A stretch of 54,787 bases of DNA, the filler included, from Sluysia triapertura (taxonomy: Eukaryota), in assembly GCA_046118255.1 (NCBI GenBank). It is 4 parts of 4 records of this genome, joined end to end, with 100 filler letters (N's around TTAATTAATTAA, not from the genome) between each part and the next. Parts side by side here need not be neighbours in the genome. Positions count along the whole stretch, not along the records: positions 11,764 to 28,658 come from JBJNIA010196708.1; positions 28,759 to 41,298 come from JBJNIA010100324.1; 2 more parts are not named here. The stretch is one strand, 5' to 3'. The position numbers and the translations under genes are program-made. Positions 25,459 to 37,730 of this stretch are shown one piece after another (the stretch's first letter is position 1; each line of letters starts with the position of its first letter). Below the pieces are notes generated by a model. The model did no database searches, was not told the origin of the DNA, and saw only the letters and a program-made list of their open reading frames with translations.

Positions 25459-26410
25459 TAACTCAACATGTCATAGTCGCTGCACTTCGCAGTTTGTGTC
25501 ATACTTGATTCAATGAAACGCTGTCAAATCAGAATTCAGATGCATTATCATTGACATATCGTATTGGTTGTAGCCAGTCAACACTTCAAATCCAAACTTC
25601 ATGCAAACTAACTCCCTTTCTTTTCATATTTGTGTGTAAAAATTCGAAAATAAATTAAATTTATATTATTTCTTAATAAACTCGTTCCTCATTTCGATTG
25701 TGTTCTGCGATGCTAAGAGTTTCAATTGATTGTATATTATGTGGCCGTACTGTCTCGTAGATAAACCAATATCAATTTAATTTACTTAAATAAATCTCAA
25801 ATAATTTCAATATTCACTAGATCAGTATAACTTATCACAAATTTTCTTATTTTAATAATGATATTCATTCAACCCAAAAAATTACATTCTTAATTCAAAT
25901 TAATAACAATAAGTCAATAATATAATAATTACAAAATCAAGTTTCTGCTTGAACAATAATACAAGTAAACTATATGAAAATTAGCTCAATTTCAAAGTTA
26001 AAAATAATTTTTATTGCAATATTAAGACCGCAAAAATCTATCCAAAGAAACAACAAACACCAAAAATTAAAATTCCAATATGTAAAGAAATTGAAATCAA
26101 TAATAATAATATTTATAACTTGTTGAATAACTCTATTCTAACTTAATAACCAAAAAACTTTAAAGTAATTTGGGCAGAGGGTCTCCTAAAATCCAATTAA
26201 AATAAATTTAACACTAGCTTTATTGAAAAATAATAAGTAAATACTTTAAAATACTTCAAAATAATTTGGACAGGAAGTCTTACAAAAATCAAATCAAATT
26301 AATAAAACTTACTCCAAAAAATTATTCAATAATATTAATAATAAAAGAATTATAATAAAAAATTTACCATAATCATGGATCTTCCTTTAAATATGTTTTT
26401 CTTTCGCTTT

Positions 26411-26900
26411 CTTAATGGAAACTCTTCAGACATGAATCCCATAGAAAATCTGTGAGAGATTGTCAAAAGGAAAGTTTCAACCACTAGGTCAGAACATATT
26501 GAAACCCTGATAAAAGTATGGCATCACGATGATGATATCAAATATTTGTGCCAAAGTTCATCCGTGGCATGCCTTTAAGGATCAAGAAATTAATGGATAA
26601 CAAAAGAGGCCAAACAAAGTACTGATACAACAGTTTGTACATATTTGATTTGTAGTAAAATGTGTTATCACATTCTACATGAATAAAATTTCTGTATGTT
26701 TTGGATCTCAGTATTTTTATCTATTATTTTAGTTTCAGTAGAATTTTTTGGAGAAAGTAGCTATTTTCCAACATTTCGCATTTTTTATGACAACCATCAG
26801 TAAATGGCATGTATTTATACACTTCTGATTAATAGTTTCATAGTGTCCTTGAAAAATGTTGAATTTTATCACAAAAATGGTCTTTAATCTAATAATTTGT
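26411..26900 (+). mobile_element. Tc1-like transposon 3' remnant, second copy
   Basis: GNSSDMNPIENL*EIVKRKV (SPDLNPIENLW motif); clear nucleotide similarity to 11764-12130; TIR truncated. Confidence 0.85.
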
Positions 26901-27539
26901 ACACAAAATCGTGGTAGAAACAATGTTTATATCTTTATATGTTATATTTATGTGAAATAAATTTATTCAATTAGAATAATGAACCAAGTGATTGTCGCGA
27001 TTTACTACCCGTACACCCATGAAGCCAGATCCACTTGTTACTATAGAACTATTGTCGCCAACTCTTACACCGTACAAGTACTCAGTGTCACCATATTCAC
27101 AGTTCCAACCATCTCCAGACACTGGTATGCTTTCGAGAGGTTTATTAGTATGTTTTACCATTCGTAGATCCCATATCTGTTAAATAGATGAAGTAATTAT
27201 TTTTGATTTTAAAAACAGAGTACATGTGGTCTACTTTATAAGAAAATGAATTGTGATTGAATTGCAAGAAGTGACTTAAATTTCTATATCTTTTAATAAA
27301 TGTTGCAAAATTGTAGTCTTATTATCAATTCTGTGTTTTCTTATTCCGCTTATTGGGTAGTTTTAATTTTATTAGGGGAATTGCTGGTAGTCAAGATCAC
27401 ATTAAGTCAATTTGAATAAATGGAAAAGAAATGTGATAATAAATTTATTAAAGTTATCCTCAATATTCGCATTGATGACAATTCTGCATTAAGGAGAATG
27501 TGACATGTGATAATACTTACATGTCAGAAACTATTATAG

Positions 27540-27660
27540 GTTTTGTTCGGTAAACACATTTATGTATCCCAAAAAATCATGATTGGGAAAAGGTAGTTAT
27601 ATCAGTCGGTAGGAAACCTTAACTTTAAATAGCAATGGAGACCAAAAACGAGAATGACCA
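27540..27660 (+). mobile_element. Tc1-like transposase fragment
   Basis: FVR*THL...DWEKVVIS...K..NL resembles Tc1 FAxxH...DWxKVIFSDEKKFNL; very decayed. Confidence 0.35.
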
Positions 27661-28569
27661 ATAAAAATCAAATAAAAAATTTAGCTCAAAAAGTCTAGTA
27701 CAGTAAAACAAGAATAATTGTATAATTTTTCATTTTTCCAAATCTACTTCATTTATTAGCCCTTAGCAGCCACGACATTGCAATTTTTACATTACGGTCC
27801 TCTGTCGAGATAGCCCCGACGTTAATTTAACATAAACATTGAAACGTTTATGTAATCTGTCATATGTCGAAGATGGTCTGATAAGAAAATGTTTACATTT
27901 CGTATTTTTATTTGCACCGACCCGTCATTATCGTCAAGTTCGGACCACTATACTACCACTGTACTATATGCAGATTAGTTTATCGGAGTAGCGCAAGCGT
28001 AACATCACACCCTAAAGGATTACAAAAAAATAAAAAACAGGCAATTCGATATTTTATAAACTAATGTAACATATATTATTTTTTTATATTATATAGATAT
28101 TACATAAATACACAAATATAACATAAACGTAATTAAATTAATAAATAAATAATTTAAATTCGACTTGAGAGTGTTCTTTTTTGTGTTTTCGCTGGAATTA
28201 AATAGGACCTGTGGAGAATTCAATGGAAATAAAATAGGATCTCAAAGGGTTAGAAGGGTAATACAAATTTCGTGACGATAATAAAAAGATCATTATAGTA
28301 GTAAATTTAGCATGGGAAACATTCGTGAAAAATTGTTTAGTCTTGCTTACTGAATAATGAATTGATAAACCATTAGATTATTTGGTTTGTTGATTTATCA
28401 TATATAGAATATAGTTTGTCAGATTTGTCCTCAGAGCAAAAAACAAGAATTATAATGTGCATAAACTTAGAAATAAAAGCATCTGACATTGGTTAGAATA
28501 CTTATCAGACAAGCTTTTAATTTATGAATATGTTATCAGTATTAAAAATATTATTATTACTATTATGAT

Positions 28570-28658
28570 TATTAGGTTTGTGCATAAATTCGTGCGGTTT
28601 TATTTGTTGCAAAGAAAACACACCAACTTCTTGTTTTAACTGATTTGAGTTATATTCA
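28570..28658 (+). mobile_element. mariner TIR (Hsmar1/cecropia-like), truncated by an assembly gap
   Basis: TA|TTAGGTTTGTGCATAAATTCGTGCGGTTTT resembles TTAGGTTGGTGCAAAAGTAATTGCGGTT. Confidence 0.65.
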
Positions 28659-28758
28659 NNNNNNNNNNNNNNNNNNNNNNNNNNNNNNNNNNNNNNNNNN
28701 NNTTAATTAATTAANNNNNNNNNNNNNNNNNNNNNNNNNNNNNNNNNNNNNNNNNNNN
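28659..28758. other. Artificial scaffold spacer N44-TTAATTAATTAA-N44
   Basis: Linker at 28703-28714. Confidence 0.95.
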
Positions 28759-28769
28759 GTATTTAATTT

Positions 28770-28808
<39 letters not shown>

Positions 28809-31744
28809 CTTCCTTGATGTTTGGAGATCTTCTTTGGATGCGCTGTGTTACATTCATATATAAAGATTAATATATTATAACATCATTATAACCTAAGTCA
28901 ATATAAATAATCATAATCTTATAGTAGCAATTTAGTGAAATATATTCATTGATATACATTAAATTATGGACTTTAACTTTAATTTGATTTTTATACTTTA
29001 TACTGTGTTTGAGAAATTAAGGGTTTTTAAACTTGTCTACTGCATATATTACGAATTAAATTCATGTTTTCGATATTATTGTTTTTTAATTAAATTTATA
29101 GTTTTGTAATTTTAAGTCTGCCTAAAACCTGCAGAAACTTTGGTTTATTTTATTGGAAGAATCGACCCTAACGAACGAAGACAAAATTAAGTACAAATTT
29201 TATAATACAAACAAAAATATGTTAATCTAACAAAATTCAGGAATGAAATGTCGATAATTATTGTTTCGTTTCATTTGAATTTGCCTATGTTGAACAAAGA
29301 TTTTATCTGAAATTCTAGCTAGAATTCCATGCGTTCTTCGAGATACATTTAAAAAAGTACAAAAAATCGTACCATTTCAAAATATCAATATACAGACAAT
29401 TTTTAACAAATTTTTATAAACAAAATAACCGATAAGAACTATGCGACATTTTCTAGGTGAATATAGATGTTTTCTTATTGTTATAGCTTTCAGACTAAAC
29501 TTCATCTGTTTTCTATCATTTTTAAAACAAACTTTCCATTTATGAAAAACTATGACAAAATTAATTTAAAAGAAATTGAAAATTATATAATTGAAAATTG
29601 AAATTATTTATAATTATGCAATATAATTAATAAAAATAAAGAGTGACAGCGATAAGGATTTGTGATTTTAAATGTTCAGATGCATGTTATTTCTGAGTAC
29701 ATATTGTATATATTTAAATTGAATATTTGGAAATATTGTTTATTTTATTTTACTTAAATAAAGTAGATTTATCAGTGTCAAAACAAATATTTTGTGTATG
29801 ATAAAAAGTTATTAAGGTAATCACAAACAAATTAAAACGTATTTAATTAAATTATATAAAATTATATTTTATTGTAAAATTTAATTTATTTTTAGTATCG
29901 ATTTATTTTTAAGTGAACTTGTAATGAAATATTACTCTTGAAAAAAGTGACTCAATAATAACTCTTAATATAAGATAAAGATGGATTTGACAAAGTGATA
30001 ATTTTACAAGGCATTACAAATTGATTTCAATTTTTGATATTATTCATTTTTACCTTTTTATTAAGAATATTTAACATAATATTTAAATATTATTATTACT
30101 ATAAATTAATTTGCGTGGCGTTGATATCTAATATGAAATAATTACTCAATAGCGCACTGATAATTTATTATATATTTTAAGCTATCATTTATTTTGTTAT
30201 CATTTTTGTAATCAGCTTAAATTGGAAATTTTTGAAGATATTCGTATTTAATACTTTAAAACTTTATAAATATTATAAATATTGATATTTTTAAATTCTA
30301 AAATTGATATTTTATTAAATTTACAAATACATTTTCAAAAAACGTTTCAAAATAGTTATATTACTTAATCCCTTAAGGCGCACTTCTTTTGAAAAAACGT
30401 TATATCCGCTTAAGTTAATTCGAGTATGTGTGTTAATGAATTAACGAAAAATATTTTTAAATTTGCTTTATATTTTAAATAATTAATAAACAATGCAATA
30501 CATTGAAAGTAGAATGAATATTAATGTATTCATTTATATTAATTGTTTTTATTTAGTTCTTTTTTGATGTTATTTACAATAATAAGCTTTCTAGTTTTTA
30601 TTAATATTCATTAATAAGAAAATATTGCTGCTAAGAAAAATATCATTATTATTTTACCTATAAATAAAATCGTTATTTATCAATGGCTCAATATATGAAC
30701 ACATGTATGTTGTATTTATCATACGTTTTAATAAAAAATAAATTATCTTCATAAACATAAATTTAGTCTAAATTTATAAGACAATATAATAAATTAAAAA
30801 ATTTAAGATTATGAAAAGCCTAATTTCTATTAAACTACATTCTTCTATTATAAAGATAAAATAGTCATTAAAATAAATATTTCGAAGTTACATGTTGAAT
30901 GTTTTATTTACTTTTTTGATACAAATTCGTAGAAATAATTAATTAATTAATTAATTTAAATAAAACAATTATTATTTTATTATTATTTTGTACAAGCAAT
31001 TATTTTATATAATTGTTTTTAGAGTTACGATATGCGAATCACTTACTTAATGACCCAAGCATAGGATTATGATGTCTAAAGAGTATATATGTAACATTTA
31101 GTTAAATTAACATAGCATTATAAAACTGTTTTTAGTACACATTATGAGATAATAAAACAATATTACATTTTAAAATATAAGTATAACAACCATTTTTAAT
31201 TAAGTAATATGTGTCCAGAAAAAAGTATGCTATTTCTATTTTTTCAAAATTTAGGAAAGAGCGACTTTGCTTTGTAAAATTATTGACAGTTTTTCGTAGA
31301 ATATGCATGTTTTGATCAAAAATGAATTTCAAGACTTTATATAAAGGCAAACTGCTTATCATGCATTGCTAAGCAACGGAACCCTCAATTCAGTTTAAAT
31401 ATTCAAATGATTCCTCAATGTTTCTCAGAAACGATATTTGTTGTTAAATTTCAATTGAATATCAAATTTTTTATTTTTGGATTTGATACTTTTTCAAACA
31501 TTTTAATTTTTAACAATTTATAGACGGCAGTCATCTTAAAAAATGAATTATTTTAATGATAAAAATTTGTTTTTAATCATTTTTTGTCTTTTACTTTTAA
31601 TAAAATACATTTTATATGAACAATGATGAAATTATTACTAATATTTATACTTATTCGAGTGAAGACGCATATTTAAAAGAGCCACTAGTAAGAAAATTAC
31701 ATAAATTTGATTGGAAAAAGTGTGCTCCATTGGAAATAACTGCA

Positions 31745-32100
31745 CGACGCTTTCCACCTTGTATGCAGTTACGACAATAGAAAAGAAAAAAGAAGAAATG
31801 GTACAAAATTTCAATGTAATAAATGCAACGTTGGAATTTGTACCGATTTTTGTTTTAAAGAGTATCGCACTTTTAATAAGAAACATACCAAGTTTTGATA
31901 TATACCTATTCATACCATCACCGTTCATCAGATTTATTATAGAATAATTTTTTTAATAAGGTAAATTTATTTGTTTTTATTAAAATTAAAGTCATATTAT
32001 AAAATTATATTATAAAAGTTATATATTACAATTTCATAGCATGTTTTTAAAGTAAGAACTAAAACGGTCATTTGACCGGTCGTGGTACGCTCAGTTTTAA
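31745..32100 (+). mobile_element. piggyBac remnant: C-terminal Cys-rich domain and 3' terminus
   Basis: LVCSYDNRKEKRRNGTKFQCNKCNVGICTDFCFKEYRT fits the piggyBac CRD (CxxC...TxYxCxxCxVxLCxxxCFxxYH). Terminal CGGTCATTTGACCGGTCGTGGTA...TTAA at 32065-32100. Confidence 0.75.
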
Positions 32101-32272
32101 CTTAAATTATCTTAATAACTTAACTTAAACTTAAATTAACTTAAATTAAATTAATTACTTAAATCAAACACTTTATTGAAAAATTTCTCTAATTTTCTAA
32201 ATATAAAACTTAAATAATTTTAAATATTTTAAAATGATATTAAGTTAAAAAGTAAAAATTTTAGCTAAACTT

Positions 32273-32388
32273 GTACAAAATAAAATTAAGTATAAAATAA
32301 AATTAAGTACAAAATAAAATTAAGTATAAAATAAAATTAAGTACAAAATAAAATTAAGTACAAAATAAAATTAAGTATAAAATAAAAT
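32273..32388. repeat. 17-bp minisatellite (GTAYAAAATAAAATTAA) x ~7
   Basis: Direct tandem copies differing only at one C/T position. Confidence 0.9.
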
Positions 32389-32826
32389 TTAGGTTATAAT
32401 CATTGAAAAGAATAATTGTTACCAAAATTAAGTCTATGTGAAAATAATTTTTTCTAATTCCAGAAGTTTAGTTTTTGACTAAAATCAATAGATAAATCAT
32501 TGCAAAATGTGTTTTTTATAATTTTAGAATGTGAGTCTTTTCTCGTATAAAACTTAATGGCATTAATGATATTGTAAGTAATAACTCTAATTGAAAATAT
32601 AGTTAATAAAACATAATTATGAAAAGTTTCGTCAAGATTAATATTAAATAAATATATTTAAAAAATCGATTATATATAAAAAGATTTGTATTGCTAATTA
32701 ACGATACATTATATGTACATATAATAATTAGATATGGTTGGTTAATTTTTCTTTTACATTAAATTTTCCATTAAATGATATAATGCATTGATTTAATAAT
32801 TTGTTTAGTATTAAAAATATTTTGAA

Positions 32827-32877
<51 letters not shown>

Positions 32878-33008
32878 AAAATTTATAAACATATAAAAAT
32901 AATAATAAATAATTTGTTGGAACATTCAATAATCAAAATAAAAGAACTATATAAGCAAGACTTTATTTTGATTAAAATTAATAAATCAATTTTATTTTTA
33001 TGTATTAC

Positions 33009-33394
33009 CTGAACAATATTTGTTATTGGTAATGTTACCATAGCAATCGGGGAAAAGAAAGCTATAGTTGTTAATATAACCGCAACTATTGATGCTGTCG
33101 TATGTGTACAATTAATTCTGATTGGTCTAGAGCAACTAATTGTTTTTTGATTGGTTAAATTAAAACTATTATTAAATTGTGATTGATTATTTATATAAAA
33201 TGAATTAAAATTATCTTGTGGTGGTAAATGACCTGGTAAAGTAAGAAGTTGTTGTTGTTGAGGATTTTGTTGATAGCTATAATATTGAGATTGTGGTTTA
33301 TGTTTATGTCTACTATGTACATGGTGAGGTGAAGGATTATTTGAATTGTTATGTAAAATAATGTTTGTATCAGATGGAACTGTTGATGGCCATT
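33009..33394 (-). CDS. VANGL: Van Gogh/Strabismus-like planar cell polarity protein, exon with N-terminal tail and TM1
   Basis: Stop-free 386-nt exon (tttag|AA TGG ... CAG|gtaata), not in the ORF track. Translation ends LPPQDNF...INCTHTTASIVAVILTTIAFFSPIAMVTLP, matching Drosophila Vang LPQD...C...GAFFSPVAMVVMP. Downstream TM2-4 exons not found in the window. Confidence 0.7.
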
Positions 33395-34590
33395 CTAAAA
33401 ATAAAATTATAAATTATTTAATATAATTTTTTCTTTTATATTTTATATTACATAAAATTATATAATTGCCTTTTCTGTCACATTTATAAAATAAAATATT
33501 TTCACATTTACCAAAATATGAATTATAATTATAATAATAATAATTATTATTATTATTATTATTATCATTATTACTAATTAGACAGCAAAAAATATTAATA
33601 GTCATGATCATTTGAAGTTTATTTTGTTAAAATCGTTAATAATAAAAATAACGATGATAACTATTAATAATAAATTATGATCAATTGTATAAAAACTAAT
33701 ATTAAAAATATATTTAGAAAGATAAATCCAATAATAAAAAAATTAAAAAATTATAAGAACTATTTTACTCAAATTGTTGCAAATGTTTCGTTTTATATTA
33801 TCAAAATATAAATTGAGGAGAAAATTGATTAATTAAAAGATTTATCACTTTAAAGATTTATAATTTGAATTAGTTAAATAATTATATGACATTATAATGC
33901 TTTACTAAAATCCACAAAACAATGCGTAATTTCTGAAGTTAAGTAAAACAAAGAAATAATTACATTATTGACAGATTGGAAGACGGTCATTAATAAAAAT
34001 CGTTTGAGTTGTTTAGTTTTGGTTAAATATATAAATTTTTAAATATTTTTAGTTAACCAATTAATTGAGAATGTTCGAAATTTCGAATAAAATGAATATT
34101 TCAAATTATATATGTATGAGTCAGTATTTTGTAATGTTTTAAACAAAAAACCATGAGAAATATTCATTTATTTAAATTTTTCAAATATGACTAATTACAT
34201 TGTTTATGAATAATAATAATTACATTTTAGAAATAATTTTATTGGAAACTAAAATGAATACTGTGGTGGTACAGCCTCTTAGATTGCACCAACTACACCT
34301 ACTTTAATCAGGAACCACATATAATTCAGCACAAAAACCATACCTTCACACAGATACAATTTCACTTGCAATACATCACAAATTCATAACAAAACCTCTA
34401 ATATTACAGTAACATTATAAAATTTTAATATTTTTTTGTAATAGTAGAATCCGAGTAACACCTATCATTGTAACATCGGCATTGCAACACCACTCTTTTG
34501 ATGTATTTTTATTTTTTGTTTTTTGTATTCCCTGAATTTGGTGATTCAGAGATTTATCTTTATTTTTTACAAATTCGCGAAATATTAAGT

Positions 34591-35159
34591 ATGAATAGCA
34601 TAGACTATTTAAAAATTAATGTTCAAAGAAAATTAGCCAGAAAGACATATCTCAGTTGGTCCTATTTTAACTTTATACAGAGATAAAGTGCCTTGTGTAA
34701 TCATTAATAATATCGACATCGCTTGTGATATATCAGTTACTAAATCTAGTAAGAGAGCTGCTGGAAGGCATCCAACCTATGACAGAATATTACTGCCAGG
34801 AAATTGTAATAATATTCTGAACACTGATTAGGGAAGATTCTTCAGTTCTATTTGCATAAGGGTATACGACATTGTGCAAATTTTGATCGATTAAATGAAG
34901 TTATGTATCAGCCATTTAATTTATTCAAGAAAAAAATGGTTTAAGAGTGAATGGAGTTTGTGTGGACGATGATTTATTTTGGTTCTCCGATAATATTACG
35001 ACATTACTGTTGTTTAACGAAATATTTAGTAATAAAGAATATGATTATTTATAGAAAGTAATGGAAGAAATAATATTAAATATAGATGAAGTTGATTTTG
35101 AGAGACCAAGACAAAATTATGAGTATCGAGCATTAGACAAACTTCAAAAATCAATATAA
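34591..35159 (+). pseudogene. Unidentified decayed coding sequence directly upstream of the DCTN1 chimera
   Basis: Protein-like broken frames (KVPCVIINNIDIAC; YLHKGIRHCANFDRLNEVMYQPF; NGLRVNGVCVDDDLFWFSDN...EEIILNIDEVDFERPRQNYEYRALDKL). No family recognised. Confidence 0.3.
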
Positions 35160-35351
35160 AAATTATTTGTTATTGTCCAAAAATGACTAGACGAACACAA
35201 ACAGCATGGTGATTACTTTGTATGTGATAATGAATATTTTTGATTCGTTATATTAACTGGCAAGGTCATTTTTAAATATTGATACAGATATTTTTTTTAG
35301 AAAATTTGAAATCCATTTTATTGCGAACTATGTGAACTCAGAAATTTATAC

Positions 35352-36699
35352 ATGGAATATTTTAAAATAAATGACATAGTTGTATATAAAAACTTTTCAG
35401 GTGTTATTCGATACATTGGGAGGACTAAGATACCAGAAATTGGTATGGTATTGAATTGGATACACCAGATGGTAAAAACAATGGAACTGATGATAAAGAA
35501 TCGTATTTTAATTGTAAAGATAATCATGGAATTTTTTTGAAAGGAATTCGAATAGAGAAGAAGAAATCGAGAGATAATTCAAATAAGGAAAATGAAAGAG
35601 AATTGGATATTGAAAACAATCAAATGGATGGCAAAAGTGCATCTAAAATAAGAACTTCGTTGATGCCTAAGTATTCGAGATCAAGTTTGAAACCAACAAC
35701 TACGCCAAACAGATTTTCAAAAGTTATCACAAAATTGACTGAAATTGATGAACCTAGTAAATCATCTAGCATTTCAAAAATAACAAAATCGAGTCAGATT
35801 AAAGATAAAATAACGCATTCTTCAAGTCGAGTTTCAGTGACTGTGCCAAATGCGAATTTAAAATCCGAGGCAAAGGAATTGAATTCCGAAACTTTGAAGC
35901 GAGATTTAGAATATCTAAAAATTCAAAAACGAAAAGACCGCGAATCCTGGAAATCAAAAGAATTAAATTATCAACAAGAAATTGAAGAATTGAAAAGGAC
36001 TAATCAAAATTTACAAAATGATATAAGTGATATAAAGAAATTGAATGATAATGTGAAATCGCTAAACGAAGAGTTGATCATAGGGAAAGAGCGTTCTGAA
36101 AATTTGATACCAGTCGTCCAAGTAACAAAATATTTTAAGAAGGACACTTCTCCATCTCAAAGTGTACGACAAAAAATGCTAGAGTTTGAAAAATTCGAAT
36201 TGTCATCGAAACTCGATTTTGTTTATAAAATTATACCAGATGATCTCTTTCGAATAGAAGTGTACAAGAAACGTATTGATACAATCACAAATTAATGGTG
36301 CTTGTTAAAAAAGTTGATTTACTTATTGAAGAGATTCAGATTTCGAAAGGAGATCCGTCGATAATAATAATTTTATCCAATGTGGAGAATATCGGTTTTT
36401 TAAATAGAACTCGTTTCCTTTTAGAAATATTGATATCACGCGCATCTTTGATTATGCATTTTGCAACAATGGGATCTGGTCGTCATTTAGAAAGTGAACT
36501 TGCCATACCATATCGGCAATTGTTATCGAACTCCAGGTTTAGATGCTTAGATTTGTGGTATTATTTTTTAAAAGAAAAGCAAATTAAATTTATACCGAAG
36601 GACGTTTGGGATATGTTTTATGAATTTATTCAAAATACAGGTAAAAAAATGTTCAATTATCACGCGGAAGATAAGGGAAACTCTCGATTATATTTGTAA
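35352..36699 (+). pseudogene. DCTN1: Intronless chimera: shortened dynactin p150Glued (CAP-Gly, basic region, coiled coil, start of dynactin domain) fused to a DCN1 cullin-binding fragment; two 1-nt frameshifts
   Basis: GVIRYIGRT../NWYGIELDTPDGKNNGT...YFNCKDNHGIF is a CAP-Gly domain (shift ~35436). IIPDDLF.../LVKKVDLL resembles DCTN1 FMPDSFL...LICKAELI (shift ~36292). From ~36460, FATMGSGRHLESELAIPYRQLLSNSRFRCLDLWYYFLKEKQIKFIPKDVWDMFYEF...MFNY matches DCUN1D [56 protein letters not shown]...MSNY. Confidence 0.8.
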
Positions 36700-37677
36700 A
36701 GATTAAAATTAAAGGTTAAAGGTCATAAATCGATAATTTATTCATTGATAATTTATTAGTTTTTAAATTTAATAATTCTAATACATCATTCAAATTTTAA
36801 TCGTAGAAATAATCAAATTAAAGTGAGTTATCATAATATTTTTTATTAAAATTTTTATAATTTTAAGAAACTATAGTAAAATTACTTATCGTCGTTAATG
36901 ATATTTTGTTTAAAATTTTTATTTTATTTCAAACATTTAAAATTATTATTTAAAATTATATTGAAAAATCACTCAAAATTATATTATTTAAAAATTATTT
37001 TAAAAATTACTATTCTTCAAAATTATTACTCTTGTTTTAACTCTTGTCAAGGTCAATTGACCTAGTATAAATATCAATAATTCTTTTACACATTTCACAA
37101 CAAAAAAATTTCTTATCGCAAATTATTTTACCAAGTCGTTTGCAGCTTTCAGTCCGTAATTTTACTCGCTCGCTGAAGATTTAAGTTTTTTGAAATATTG
37201 TAATCTAACATTCGGTACAAATCAAGTGGAAGCTAAATTCTCAAACAATTCCTACAATTCGATTTATTTGTCGTATTTTACTCATTAGTTTTTATATCTA
37301 AGTTTCTCTCGCAATATTTAATATTGCTTCACTAAAATCCTACTCAATTTATTTGAAGTAATTCCAGCTATCGTTTATAGATAGCTTATTAAACTACTTT
37401 ATAAAATTCTTTTACATTTGATTATTTTTACAATCTTATCAAAATTATTATATTTATTGTAAAAATCATTTTTAGCATTTATTATAATATACGATCTTAA
37501 TAGAGTTTGTTCAGTTATTTAAAATTTGAATAAAAGACAGGTTCAGTGTAAGAACCTAATTAAATTTACTGACGGTTCTAGAAAAGAATCAAATTAAAAT
37601 CTTATTTAATTTAAAATTTTAGACCTTGTATTATTATAAAACAAAAGTAAAGTTTTGATCTTTTTGCACTATCAGAT

Positions 37678-37730
37678 AAATCCAACGGTTGGCCGTTAAG
37701 TCAGTAAGTCCAATACGTTGGTGGACTCAC
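37678..37730 (-). repeat. Conserved ~52-nt structured motif, copy C (in an LTR-like remnant ~37500-37770)
   Basis: Reverse complement is GTGAGTCCACCAACGTATTGGACTTACTGACTTAACGGCCAACCGTTGGATTT; downstream flank shares tagaaccgt with the flank of copy A. Confidence 0.85.

Noticed and set aside
31638-31947. ORFs 31638-31928 (-) and 31711-31947 (+) as genes
   Set aside because: Alternative frames over the piggyBac Cys-rich remnant.
33034-33047. Near-perfect RFX X-box GTTACCATAGCAAT with nearby ATTGG boxes
   Set aside because: It lies inside the minus-strand Vang exon (codons IAMVT), so coding constraint explains it.
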